A stretch of DNA of 64,000 bases. Origin: an uncultured virus (IMG/VR IMGVR_UViG_2860841867_000002). Its lineage: Duplodnaviria; Heunggongvirae; Uroviricota; Caudoviricetes. Positions within the stretch are counted from its first letter, which is position 1. Every line of letters starts with the position of its first letter. A program made the position numbers and the translations under genes. Shown here one piece after another: positions 55,499 to 64,000 of this stretch. Under the pieces are notes generated by a model, which was not told where the DNA came from, made no database searches, and saw only the letters and a list, made by a program, of their open reading frames with translations. The stretch lies in IMG/VR virus record IMGVR_UViG_2860841867_000002, positions 1 through 64,000 of that record; one strand, 5' to 3'.

Positions 55499-56609
55499 AG
55501 TATTCCTCTCCCTTGTAATTTAATTGGATGTCCTTTATAGGGGCAGCGACGAGAGGGTCTAATCCGGCATCGATCATATCACCCACAACGATGCTTGAAA
55601 ACAGGAAGTTGAATTCTTGTGTGAATGTACTATACGCGCAGGCCAGATCTGATAAGGTCCCATCCTTGATCAATTGGAAGTACCGCAGAAATAGATTTTT
55701 TTCGCCTAGTATCATGTCTTTCGGTGTTGGTAAATTTTGAGGAATCTCCCCTTTCTCTTTATACGAATAAAATCCCTCGACTAACTTCAATGTGTTTTTT
55801 GCTTCCGCAGCAATCCTCAAATCGTTTGTCTTTTTTGCCTCATCAGCGCTCATCCTTATATAGCGAAGACACTCTTTCTTATCTTCCTCTATAAAAGAAA
55901 CACCCATGTAATAATACCCGTCAGATTTCGTTTTCGCACTTAAATTCGAAGAAAAAAGAAATTCTGCATGACGTCGCGCTTTTGAAAGATCTTTAAGATA
56001 TAAATAAGCAGGCGCAAATACTTCGGAGAGTCTGATAAGATAACACTCTTTAAAAAACGTTTTCCTTGCGTCACTTAATTCGTATATCTCTTTTTCGATA
56101 TCGGAAGCTTTTTCAACGATTGTTGCATATTTATTTTCAAAATAAAGACAGTAGCAAGAAAAGATATCTTTCAAAACCTTTAATTCTTTATCCTTTCCGC
56201 ATTTTAAAGTGTTCACATAATTCCTCAACTCTTGTGGTCTGAATTCCCCTAACATGTAGTTATATATTACCTGATAAAATTGTGTATAATTGATTAGGTT
56301 GGAATCCATTCTATGCGCTTTCAGCAATTTTTCTAACAAAGGAATATCACGCTTTATTGCCGCATACTCAAAAGCATGTTTAATAGCCTCAGTTGTAGTT
56401 AGTTTCAAACACCATTCTTGCATTAATTCATGATACTTCGCTTTATAGAAAAATTGTGACAATTTTAATAATGTTCGAAATCCGATTTTCCCAGTTCTTT
56501 TGAAATTGTAAAGCTGATTCACATGAATATTTAATTTACTTGCAGCTGAATCAAAATCCAAAAACAAATCGTCGAAACAGTTTAAAACATCTTGCTGAAG
56601 TGCGCCCAA
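55431..56609 (-). CDS. aimR: AimR-family arbitrium receptor (HTH + TPR)
   Basis: 392 aa; LYNF, ELMQEWCLKL, AFEYA, CYLIR, YYYMGVSF pattern parallels SPbeta-type AimR as recalled; followed by a secreted peptide gene. Confidence 0.88.
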   Translation of the reverse strand: MGALQQDVLNCFDDLFLDFDSAASKLNIHVNQLYNFKRTGKIGFRTLLKLSQFFYKAKYHELMQEWCLKLTTTEAIKHAFEYAAIKRDIPLLEKLLKAHRMDSNLINYTQFYQVIYNYMLGEFRPQELRNYVNTLKCGKDKELKVLKDIFSCYCLYFENKYATIVEKASDIEKEIYELSDARKTFFKECYLIRLSEVFAPAYLYLKDLSKARRHAEFLFSSNLSAKTKSDGYYYMGVSFIEEDKKECLRYIRMSADEAKKTNDLRIAAEAKNTLKLVEGFYSYKEKGEIPQNLPTPKDMILGEKNLFLRYFQLIKDGTLSDLACAYSTFTQEFNFLFSSIVVGDMIDAGLDPLVAAPIKDIQLNYKGEEYFEKDFIGSFIYSGGSASGKFVN

Positions 56610-56665
56610 ATTTAAACCCCCTCTATTTTTAATTGCGCTCGTTTATATTTCTAAGTATAATACAT

Positions 56666-56685
56666 ATGTGTACTTTTGTACACAT
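56666..56685. promoter_or_regulatory. Perfect inverted repeat between aimR and the divergent HTH gene
   Basis: ATGTGTAC-TTTT-GTACACAT. Confidence 0.55.
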
Positions 56686-56717
56686 TATTATTCAAAAAAT
56701 TTGGAAGGAAGATAATT

Positions 56718-56915
56718 ATGATTGATTATTCTCCATTATTTAAATGTCTTAATGAAAAAGAAATAGCTTTGAGTCATTTCCGTGAAAAAGGACTAAATTC
56801 TAAAACGCAGGCTCGTATAAATAAGGGACAAGCTGTAAGTCTCTCGACAATTGAGTTTTTGTGCAAGGAATTAGACGTTCCGATCGAATGTGTCGTTAGG
56901 ATCATAAGGGACTAG
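56718..56915 (+). CDS. Xre/Cro-like HTH regulator
   Basis: MIDYSPL...VSLSTIEFLCKELDVPIECVV; ATG at 56718 with RBS. Confidence 0.88.
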   Translation: MIDYSPLFKCLNEKEIALSHFREKGLNSKTQARINKGQAVSLSTIEFLCKELDVPIECVVRIIRD

Positions 56916-56976
56916 CTAACCTAGCGAGATATTATCGTCTAGTGTAAAATAGTACGGACACCTTTAATGATGGGAG

Positions 56977-57216
56977 GTGTTTGTTACGTTTAAGGTCGGC
57001 AAATGCCGGATACCCGAACTTTGCCATAAACGCGGTATTGATCAGACTCAACTCGCAGCTAAAGTCGGTTTAACAAAACAGCACATAACGGACTACGTAA
57101 GCCTCCGCAACATTCCAAGCATCGAGCGAGCTTATAATATCGCTCATGTACTTGGTTGTGTTCCTGAAGATCTTTACGAATGGTCCGAGGTATCCGGCAA
57201 TAACACGGAGGGTTAA
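56977..57216 (+). CDS. Xre-family HTH regulator (candidate repressor)
   Basis: DQTQLAAKVGLTKQHITDY...IAHVLGCVPEDLY; start uncertain. Confidence 0.88.
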   Translation: MFVTFKVGKCRIPELCHKRGIDQTQLAAKVGLTKQHITDYVSLRNIPSIERAYNIAHVLGCVPEDLYEWSEVSGNNTEG

Positions 57217-58232
57217 TATAACCTCCGCCGACCTTTAGTACGGGTATTCCCGTACTGTAAACTCACCCGCCACTTCTTAACGTCATCCGCACGCTCATAC
57301 ACCGCCTTCAACTCCGCTCTCCCCTTCGCAAGCAATAATTCATTCGCATCCTTTCCTTCCGTAATATATACGTGTGCCAGTCCGACTTTCCCGTATAAAT
57401 AACGCTCGACCTCCGCACGCAACTTCTCGCCGGCCTTATCGTTATCCGTCACGATGGTTACGTGTTCGACCGGAGACTGGACGATAATGTCCGCCTTCCG
57501 TTGGTTGAACGAAGACCCACCGGTCCCGATCGCCGGCACTCCCGCCGTCATCCACGATTGCGCATCGATCTCCGCCTCGCATAAGACAACGCGTGTCAGC
57601 CGCCGGTCATACACGACATTCATTCCGTAAACAAGGTCCCGTATCGGCCAGCCGTCTTTAACGTACCAGAACGCCTTGCCCCGCTTTGACCGGTACTTCA
57701 CGTTAGCGAGCCGCCCGTTCGGCAGCCGCCAGGGCAACGCAACCGCACCGCCAACCATTCCGACGCCCATTAGCCGCTGGACCGCCGGCATGATTCCGCG
57801 CTTGTTTAAATAATCGTTAGGCCCCGCAACCACGTCGTCGAGAATCGATTCGCTTAGATGTTCGCGATTCTTTGCGATCTTCAGCTTCGGCAGCCTTAGC
57901 GTTAATTTACCGTTATCTGAATCCGGCGCATACGCATCGATGAGGTATTCGACCGTCTCCTCTTCGGTTTCTTCGCGCAAGAACGCTAGCAGCTTAACGA
58001 AGCCACCCCGTGCATACTCTGCGTCATAATAGCCGCTATCGCCCCAATAGCCGGCCTTTGCGGATGTCGTATCGTCAAGATATACGTAAAAACTCGGCGT
58101 CCGGTCATATCGGAAAGGACTTGCGGCCAGGAGCCGCTCATCCGTCCAGGTCGGCCGCGTCCATTCGAACTGTTCGAGCTCATATCGTATGTCGACGTCG
58201 ACCGGACGGCCGTTTAACGTCAATGTCGGCAC
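57213..58232 (-). CDS. DNA primase (TOPRIM)
   Basis: YLNKRGI, KYR, CEAEIDA, TDNDKAG, KDANE. Confidence 0.9.
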   Translation of the reverse strand: MPTLTLNGRPVDVDIRYELEQFEWTRPTWTDERLLAASPFRYDRTPSFYVYLDDTTSAKAGYWGDSGYYDAEYARGGFVKLLAFLREETEEETVEYLIDAYAPDSDNGKLTLRLPKLKIAKNREHLSESILDDVVAGPNDYLNKRGIMPAVQRLMGVGMVGGAVALPWRLPNGRLANVKYRSKRGKAFWYVKDGWPIRDLVYGMNVVYDRRLTRVVLCEAEIDAQSWMTAGVPAIGTGGSSFNQRKADIIVQSPVEHVTIVTDNDKAGEKLRAEVERYLYGKVGLAHVYITEGKDANELLLAKGRAELKAVYERADDVKKWRVSLQYGNTRTKGRRRLY

Positions 58233-58253
58233 TTTCGTCTCACTCCTTTCGTC

Positions 58254-59582
58254 TTAGAAATCGAACTGATCCGCTCCCCCTAGCTGCTTAATGACGCCAA
58301 ACTGCGGCAAATAAACGATCTCTGCGCGCTGACCTTCGCCGCCATCCCGGCCTTTGTTCAGACCGATCAGGCCCCGACCTTCCTCTGCGTTCGTATCCAC
58401 CGCAATCAATAGCGCAGCATCTTCGAGAAGAGCCTTTGTTTTCTTGACGTCTTTACGCTGCGGCAACTTTAATTCGGAATCAGCGTCTTTCCCTTCGCCT
58501 TCTTCCGCTTGCGTCAACGCAAAGACAGTCGTTTTTGTTTGTCCGGCCAGACGACGGAGTTTCATCGATGTATTAGCCGCGTCTCCCCCCGCAGTCTTTG
58601 ACGTGTTCTTTTCGTAATCGAGGTAGTAAAACGGATCGATTAGAACGACGTCAGCTTTCGTTTCGAGGATATCCGCTTTTAAATCCCGCAGTTTCCGGGA
58701 GCCGAAGTCTTCGTCGTCTACCGCGCGGACAATAATATTACCCGGGATCAGTTCGTTCATCTTATCGAGGAATTCCATAAAGCCGGCTTCGAATTCGTCG
58801 GAAAGCTTGCCCTGGCGTACATCGCGCGAATTAAATCCGGCCTCAATATCGACGCCATCAAGATTCGCTTTTGTCACGCCAATGCTTGCCGAAATGGAAA
58901 CGTAAAGCCTGACGAGAACCTCATACCATCCCATCTCCATCGACCAAATCAGAACGTTCGCCCCCTGCATCGCGCAATTAATCGCTTCCTCCAACGCAAT
59001 GGCCGATTTTCCCCGGCCGGACTTCCCGTAAATAACATATACGTTCGATGAAACATAGCCGCCCATCGCCCGGTTTATGAAGTCGAATTTACTGAGCCAG
59101 ATCCGGAAAGACTCGCCAGCCTTGCGGTTTTCGTATTCGGCTTTGAATTTGTCGGTATCTTTTTTGATGTCGGTACCGATAGAACTACGAACGTTTGTTC
59201 TTATTTTAAGACTTTCGACTTTTTCCGTCAACCATGAAAATAATTCTTCCGGATTATCTTGCGCTTGGCTAAACCGGTCCGGAAGCTCCTTTTCCGCGAT
59301 ATCAACGAACTCTCGCAACGCAGCCTGTTTCCGTAGTTTTTCCGCAAGGTAATCGTAATTGGCCTCGATATTAAAATCCGGCTGGAAGTCCGGAACCTCA
59401 TTCGCTACCATTTCGGCCGTCGGTGCCTGGCCTCCGTGTTTCTCCGCATATTCCGTGATGTATCGGAGTGCCTTGCGTTCGCCTTCCGTCGGCAGATCCT
59501 CCGCGGTAATATTAAAGCGCAGCAGCGCGTTCGGATCGTTCTGCTCGATCACTTTCGATAGCATTAAAACACCGTAGTTCAT
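58254..59582 (-). CDS. DnaB-like replicative helicase
   Basis: GKSGRGKS, SMEM, LIDP, TQ, KGRDG. Confidence 0.92.
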   Translation of the reverse strand: MNYGVLMLSKVIEQNDPNALLRFNITAEDLPTEGERKALRYITEYAEKHGGQAPTAEMVANEVPDFQPDFNIEANYDYLAEKLRKQAALREFVDIAEKELPDRFSQAQDNPEELFSWLTEKVESLKIRTNVRSSIGTDIKKDTDKFKAEYENRKAGESFRIWLSKFDFINRAMGGYVSSNVYVIYGKSGRGKSAIALEEAINCAMQGANVLIWSMEMGWYEVLVRLYVSISASIGVTKANLDGVDIEAGFNSRDVRQGKLSDEFEAGFMEFLDKMNELIPGNIIVRAVDDEDFGSRKLRDLKADILETKADVVLIDPFYYLDYEKNTSKTAGGDAANTSMKLRRLAGQTKTTVFALTQAEEGEGKDADSELKLPQRKDVKKTKALLEDAALLIAVDTNAEEGRGLIGLNKGRDGGEGQRAEIVYLPQFGVIKQLGGADQFDF

Positions 59583-59785
59583 CCGCGATCCCTCCTCACT
59601 CTCTTAACGTAAATCACTCGGACGCCTCTTTTCGCCTGCTCTGCGATTTCGATTCGAATACGGAAGAAGTCGGCGGCTTTGCCGAACATATCCGAAATGT
59701 AATTCGCAGCGACACCGATGTAATAAAACGCCCAATCTAGCGCAGCAAACGTCCACTTTAACGGATAGAGTAGGCGGTACATCAC
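59579..59785 (-). CDS. Hypothetical protein
   Basis: GGAGG RBS, coupled to helicase. Confidence 0.6.
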   Translation of the reverse strand: MMYRLLYPLKWTFAALDWAFYYIGVAANYISDMFGKAADFFRIRIEIAEQAKRGVRVIYVKRVRRDRG

Positions 59786-59838
59786 CGCTTGACCTCCCGC
59801 TTTAATTTCGCCTTAGCTTCGTCCTGCTTCGCCTTGTA

Positions 59839-60282
59839 TTACTCGTCGCCGTACATCGCTTCCAGACGTTTGTAATCGTTTAACTCGTCGAGCAGCTCAT
59901 CGATTTTCTTCGTTTTCTTTTTCGCCATATCATCCCACGCCTTTTCTAGTCCTTCGCTAAGCTTAGCTACGGTATCGGCATACGGTAATTCCGGAAGAAA
60001 TTCCGCAAAGTGAAACGCCGTTCCCTCCGGCTCCGGATAGTTTTCGTAATCAACTCCGTCAAGATATTCGTCAACAAACTGACTGCGGCAGACTAGGCGG
60101 ATATCGTTCGCATCAGCGAGAATCCATTCGCCATGTATTGCGTCTGTCAGATCGAACTCAACGTAAGTAGAAACGCCGGTATCATCCGTTTCCTTAACGT
60201 CCCGACGCGCATCCACGAAGAAAATGCGGTCAGGATATCCGTCTACTGCGACTAGGTCTCCGAAAGTGATTTCGGCTTTCAT
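59839..60282 (-). CDS. Hypothetical protein, possibly truncated by a premature stop
   Basis: Frame continues 18 codons beyond TAA to a TGA overlapping the next start. Confidence 0.7.
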   Translation of the reverse strand: MKAEITFGDLVAVDGYPDRIFFVDARRDVKETDDTGVSTYVEFDLTDAIHGEWILADANDIRLVCRSQFVDEYLDGVDYENYPEPEGTAFHFAEFLPELPYADTVAKLSEGLEKAWDDMAKKKTKKIDELLDELNDYKRLEAMYGDE

Positions 60283-60650
60283 GATCGACCACTCCCGTAA
60301 TAAACGATCGATATTTTTAACCCATGCTCCCTTGCGAGATCGATCATATGCTTAGTTCCTCGGCTCTTCCCGTCCCAAAACGCCACGAGTGCGTCAGCTT
60401 CTTTCGCCATCTCCTTATTACGAATATATCCCGCAGCCTTTCCGAATCTATCCCAATCGGCCGGGTGCTCACTTACCCTATATCCGCGTTCGTCAGCGTA
60501 TCTTTCTCCGAGAGCATCGGCTCCCCTTGCCTTTCCGGAAACGATTATAATTTCTTCGTCCTGTCTATTTCGCAAAACTGAGTCCATCTTTTGGCGCAAT
60601 AATTCGTAGTTATTGAAATCGCGTCCGCCGGCAATAATCACTTTAATCAT
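60279..60650 (-). CDS. SLOG-superfamily (YspA/DUF2493-like) protein
   Basis: IIAGGRDF, SGKARGAD, GKAAGYIRN, FWDGKSRGT. Confidence 0.88.
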   Translation of the reverse strand: MIKVIIAGGRDFNNYELLRQKMDSVLRNRQDEEIIIVSGKARGADALGERYADERGYRVSEHPADWDRFGKAAGYIRNKEMAKEADALVAFWDGKSRGTKHMIDLAREHGLKISIVYYGSGRS

Positions 60651-61429
60651 CTCCGTAGCCCCCTTTTCGATTCACCTTCGAATCCATGCACTATACATAA
60701 GTCGCGAATTCTATCGTAAATACGGTGCTCGCCGAACACGCCCGGCAAACGTTCAATCGAAATGTTGCTCGTATAGATTGTCGGCAACTGATTCGTCACT
60801 CTCGCGTTAATTATGCCGTGTAAATCACCGCGAAATCCGTCCGTTACGTTCCGTACACCAATGTCGTCCAGAACCGCAAAGGGCGCCGTCTTAGCCGCTT
60901 CTAGCGCGCGGTAGTAACGGGTGGCGGCGGGCTCTGCGACCGAGTCCGGAACACGCGGCCGATTGAATTCGTTATAATCGTCTTGCCATTCGTTCACATC
61001 GAGGAAATAGGCCGGACGCAGTGACGGCGTTAAACCTCTCCGCAAAGATCCGCTGTAATGGACGCGCAGCCATTCGTTAAGGAGCGCCGCTGCTGTCGTC
61101 GTCTTTCCGGTGCCGGAGTTCGCGCTGAAGAGATACAACGACTTGATACGGTCAGCCGGTTCGATATAGCCTTCCGTTTGCTCAAACTGACGCTCGAACG
61201 TCTTGACGTAGTTTTCAACCGATTTATATATCGCTGGCTGATCCGCTCTGGCTGGCGAATTGGCAAGCGTTGTCAGTCGATATTCTCGCGGTAAGCCTGC
61301 CGCCGCTGACCGCCCGCCGTTTCCTGTCGCGCCGTGTAGTGCGATGAAGTGCGGGCATCGGCGGTTACAGGCGGACGTGCCGGCCGCTTTGCATCCGGTA
61401 GCCAGGACGCAGTTTCTTTCGTTAGTCAA
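60647..61429 (-). CDS. DnaC/IstB-like ATPase (helicase loader)
   Basis: GTGKT, VLDDIG, TIYTSN, RIYDRI. Confidence 0.9.
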   Translation of the reverse strand: MTNERNCVLATGCKAAGTSACNRRCPHFIALHGATGNGGRSAAAGLPREYRLTTLANSPARADQPAIYKSVENYVKTFERQFEQTEGYIEPADRIKSLYLFSANSGTGKTTTAAALLNEWLRVHYSGSLRRGLTPSLRPAYFLDVNEWQDDYNEFNRPRVPDSVAEPAATRYYRALEAAKTAPFAVLDDIGVRNVTDGFRGDLHGIINARVTNQLPTIYTSNISIERLPGVFGEHRIYDRIRDLCIVHGFEGESKRGLRR

Positions 61430-61447
61430 TGGCGTTCACTCCTTTCG

Positions 61448-61594
61448 TTAGTTCTCGATTACGTTTACTACGTGGATATTTCCGTTGTGTTTGTCTACGA
61501 GGAGATATACGGTGTACTCATCCCCTTTTACGACGTGTAGCATACCTTCGACGAAATCGAGATCAGTCGTTACTCTTGCTGGATCGTATGTCAT
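61448..61594 (-). CDS. Small hypothetical protein (48 aa)
   Basis: MTYDPARVTT...VIEN; ATGA overlap with upstream gene. Confidence 0.55.
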   Translation of the reverse strand: MTYDPARVTTDLDFVEGMLHVVKGDEYTVYLLVDKHNGNIHVVNVIEN

Positions 61595-62661
61595 TCGCCC
61601 ACCCCCGTCCGGCTGTCATCGACGATTTTTAAGAACGACTCTTCTCCGTATTCATCAATCCCTTCCGTTACTGTAGGTAAATAATCGAATCCTCCATCCT
61701 CATAAAAAACCTTATCCTCGTTTACATCCACGATTTTTCCGTAATAATCCGCGACCTCATTAATTTCGAAACTACCGACAACATCCCCCACACGAACCTC
61801 AGTCGGCTGCGGTGCGTTAAGATATTCGTCAGGTACTTCGAGTCCAAGTGCACGATGAAGAGCGATGGCTTCTCCGATATGGACGTTGAAGCAGTCGTCT
61901 GGTGCGGCCTTGGCGATTCCTCTGCGGACTATGTTCGTACATCCTCTCAGCTTTCTCAAAACCACGACGGTTCTTTTTTCGGTGTTTACGATGAATTCGT
62001 GATCATGTCCGATGTCTCTTTTGAGTAAACCCGATACATCCGCCTTCGCCTGCTCAACGATTTCATCTCGACGTTCTTGTGCGGTCTTTTCCTGCGGCCG
62101 CATATAAGTCGCATCCATGTCCGCATCGAATTTTCCTTGCTTATAACCTTCGCCATAAGAGCGCAGTCTGATCGCCCTCATAACCGCTTCTCCATGTGCG
62201 ATTAGCTCATCGTATCCCATTGCGTCCAAATCAATTTTCATTCCGTCAGCCTCCTCGTTTTTAACTTCGTTATTGATGATAACTTCGTATTGCTCGTCGC
62301 TTAAATACTCAGGTAGTTTTCCTAAAACTACCCTTACAAACACTCCAGAATAGTCTCTTTCTATAGGGCTATTAGAGAAAGTACCAACAACCTCAGCCTT
62401 CTCGTATGGAAGTATATACGTATTTAGTTCAGGGGGATCGATAACTAGAACCTTCTCACCAACTTTGGCCGGACGCTTTTCTGTGACGATGAGTTCAGCG
62501 TCTTCTTTAGCTACTAAACAACCATCAATACTTCCGTTATATACCACATAGTCGGCGTTGTCTTCCCGTGCGACTTCGAAAACTTCACCAATCTTATCTG
62601 TGTACCAGTACCTAGATCCACTTGCTTTCTTAATCCGCACATACTTTTTCGTTTTAGCCAT
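61591..62661 (-). CDS. Modular hypothetical protein
   Basis: AKVGEKV and VRVGDVV modules; GIAKAAPDDCFNVHIGEAIALHRA domain. Confidence 0.75.
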   Translation of the reverse strand: MAKTKKYVRIKKASGSRYWYTDKIGEVFEVAREDNADYVVYNGSIDGCLVAKEDAELIVTEKRPAKVGEKVLVIDPPELNTYILPYEKAEVVGTFSNSPIERDYSGVFVRVVLGKLPEYLSDEQYEVIINNEVKNEEADGMKIDLDAMGYDELIAHGEAVMRAIRLRSYGEGYKQGKFDADMDATYMRPQEKTAQERRDEIVEQAKADVSGLLKRDIGHDHEFIVNTEKRTVVVLRKLRGCTNIVRRGIAKAAPDDCFNVHIGEAIALHRALGLEVPDEYLNAPQPTEVRVGDVVGSFEINEVADYYGKIVDVNEDKVFYEDGGFDYLPTVTEGIDEYGEESFLKIVDDSRTGVGE

Positions 62662-63031
62662 TCCGTAACCACCCTTCAGCCGTTTTAATCGCTATTTCTG
62701 CATGTTGCAACGTCAAAGGTTCCGCACCTTCATCCGTCATAAACAGCGCATGACCGACTCTTCCGCGCTCTTTGTACCACATCATAACGATATAGCCCCC
62801 GTACCCTTCGTAAGTTGCCGGCGCATAATTGTCGCTTAAAGGCACGTACCCTATTGAACCGCAAGAATCATCGTCACGATCAGAATTCCCGAGTCCCTCC
62901 GATAACCTACGTAATTTACTCATCGTTGCGCAGTTCCAATTCTTTGGCGAAAATACGCCATTTTCGAAAGCACAAACCGGATCTGATCCTTCCCACGTTT
63001 TTCCGCGTTCTTTACACAATCTACATGCCAT
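62654..63031 (-). CDS. Cys-containing hypothetical protein
   Basis: ATG at 63031 with GGAGG RBS (track extends to 63361). Confidence 0.7.
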   Translation of the reverse strand: MACRLCKERGKTWEGSDPVCAFENGVFSPKNWNCATMSKLRRLSEGLGNSDRDDDSCGSIGYVPLSDNYAPATYEGYGGYIVMMWYKERGRVGHALFMTDEGAEPLTLQHAEIAIKTAEGWLRNG

Positions 63032-63047
63032 CTCGCAATCCCTCCGT

Positions 63048-63452
63048 TTAATAAAAGTCGTCGCCGATTTCCGCCTGCTGCTTCCGCCTTTGTTGCGCCG
63101 CTTCTTCGGCCCTGATTTCCGCCACTGCCCGCTGCAAATTCCGTCCCATATACGTCTGCATAAATCCGAAGCTGATACCCGGCCATTCTGCCGTAGGCCT
63201 GTATTCCGCAAAGCACAGATCGATGAATCGCTTCGTTGCTTCCGGCCCGTATTCGCCCGGCTTCCGCTTCGTTCCGACCCAGCGCCCGAGCATTCCCGCT
63301 TCCGCCTTCCATGGTTCGCGAGTAGGCATCGGAACGTAAGGGACGCCGTACAGCCGCTCATGCTCCGCTTTTAAATACGCCTGGAAGTCGCGTACATTCC
63401 ACTTAAATACCGGTTTATCTGTCGTCGGCATTTTCGTCACCTTCTTCGTCAT
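63048..63452 (-). CDS. Hypothetical protein, possible replication-associated factor
   Basis: WNVRDFQAYL...YG; lies upstream of the loader and helicase. Confidence 0.65.
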   Translation of the reverse strand: MTKKVTKMPTTDKPVFKWNVRDFQAYLKAEHERLYGVPYVPMPTREPWKAEAGMLGRWVGTKRKPGEYGPEATKRFIDLCFAEYRPTAEWPGISFGFMQTYMGRNLQRAVAEIRAEEAAQQRRKQQAEIGDDFY

Positions 63453-63801
63453 TGATCCCGGCTATTTGGACTCCGAGAGCATCCAACGTTCTACGGACTG
63501 ATCGCTTCATGAGCAAGTACTTGCCTTTGTCCTCATGGAACTGTGCTCGATCGTACCCATCGCAGAGTTTCTCGTAATATTCCCGCACCTTCTCCTCCGG
63601 CGTCTTTTCGACTTCATATCCGTTGATTAATGCGGCTGCGAGCGTCATGATGTCGATAGTATTAATTCCGGAATATTCATCTCCAAAATGACAACAGTGC
63701 ACTTTAGCAGTAAGCAGTTCTTCTTTTGTCCCCACCTCTAAAAACGCCTCTATCGAATCCGACTGATCCTTCGTAATTACCGGCTTTTTAATTTCGCTCA
63801 T
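63415..63801 (-). CDS. DUF1642-like protein
   Basis: LAAALINGYEVEK motif. Confidence 0.7.
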   Translation of the reverse strand: MSEIKKPVITKDQSDSIEAFLEVGTKEELLTAKVHCCHFGDEYSGINTIDIMTLAAALINGYEVEKTPEEKVREYYEKLCDGYDRAQFHEDKGKYLLMKRSVRRTLDALGVQIAGINDEEGDENADDR

Positions 63802-63921
63802 CTATTCGTCCTCCTCTAACGCTTCGAGTTCTTCTTCTAATTCGCGAATCTCTTCTAACAACCCGTCAATCTCGACATGTAAATGCTGAATATCCTCGAT
63901 GATTTCATCACGTCTTGTCAT
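63802..63921 (-). CDS. Small acidic coiled-coil protein (39 aa)
   Basis: MTRRDEIIEDIQ...EEDE; AGGAGG RBS. Confidence 0.65.
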   Translation of the reverse strand: MTRRDEIIEDIQHLHVEIDGLLEEIRELEEELEALEEDE

Positions 63922-64000
63922 CTTAGCGCCTCCTTTGCGTGTAAATTTATTTCGTATAGCTCAGTAATCGGAACTAAATCGACTGGTTCTTCGGGAAGCT

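Larger units (their letters stand above)
1..64000. mobile_element. Temperate siphovirus-type prophage (partial; continues beyond the right edge)
   Basis: Integrase, lysis, tail, head, packaging, nucleotide metabolism and replication modules in phage order; no host housekeeping genes seen. Confidence 0.97.

Noticed and set aside
63032..63361. N-terminal 110 aa of the 235-aa track ORF
   Set aside because: Overlaps the gene at 63048-63452; the RBS supports a start at 63031
1..64000. tRNA, rRNA, group I/II introns, inteins, IS elements
   Set aside because: None recognised by eye; polymerase, helicase, terminase and nrd genes have normal uninterrupted lengths. A covariance search would be needed to exclude small RNAs

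Overview
About 64 kb of a temperate siphovirus-type prophage, most likely from a Bacillus subtilis-group host (inferred from the XlyA-like amidase, BhlA/XkdX/YolD-like genes, a Firmicute LexA box and class Ib nrdIEF). The window starts exactly at the integrase stop codon, so no att site is visible. Most genes are on the minus strand. Read 5'->3' on that strand they are: replication (DnaC-like loader, DnaB helicase, primase), a lysis-lysogeny region, SSB, DNA polymerase I-like enzyme, nucleases, nucleotide metabolism (nrdIEF, dut, thyX, dNMP kinase), a sigma-like late regulator, accessory islands, HK97-like cos packaging and head, tail, lysis and integrase. Highlights: (1) an arbitrium AimR-AimP pair whose unannotated 40-aa AimP ends in ...QLADPVPGG and is followed by a sigma-factor gene; (2) a phage-borne candidate reverse-architecture type VII secretion lipase toxin with a helical partner and a divergent immunity candidate; (3) small ORFs upstream of the terminase that resemble pieces of the phage's own tape measure protein; (4) matching CCC-stop +1 frameshift signals adding Ig/FN3 domains to both capsid and tail tube; (5) a TagE-like glycosyltransferase moron; (6) two copies of an origin-like module, a duplicated 32-nt promoter-like motif, a duplicated palindromic element, and several genes with apparent near-cognate start codons. 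All family assignments come from motif recognition by eye, with no database search.
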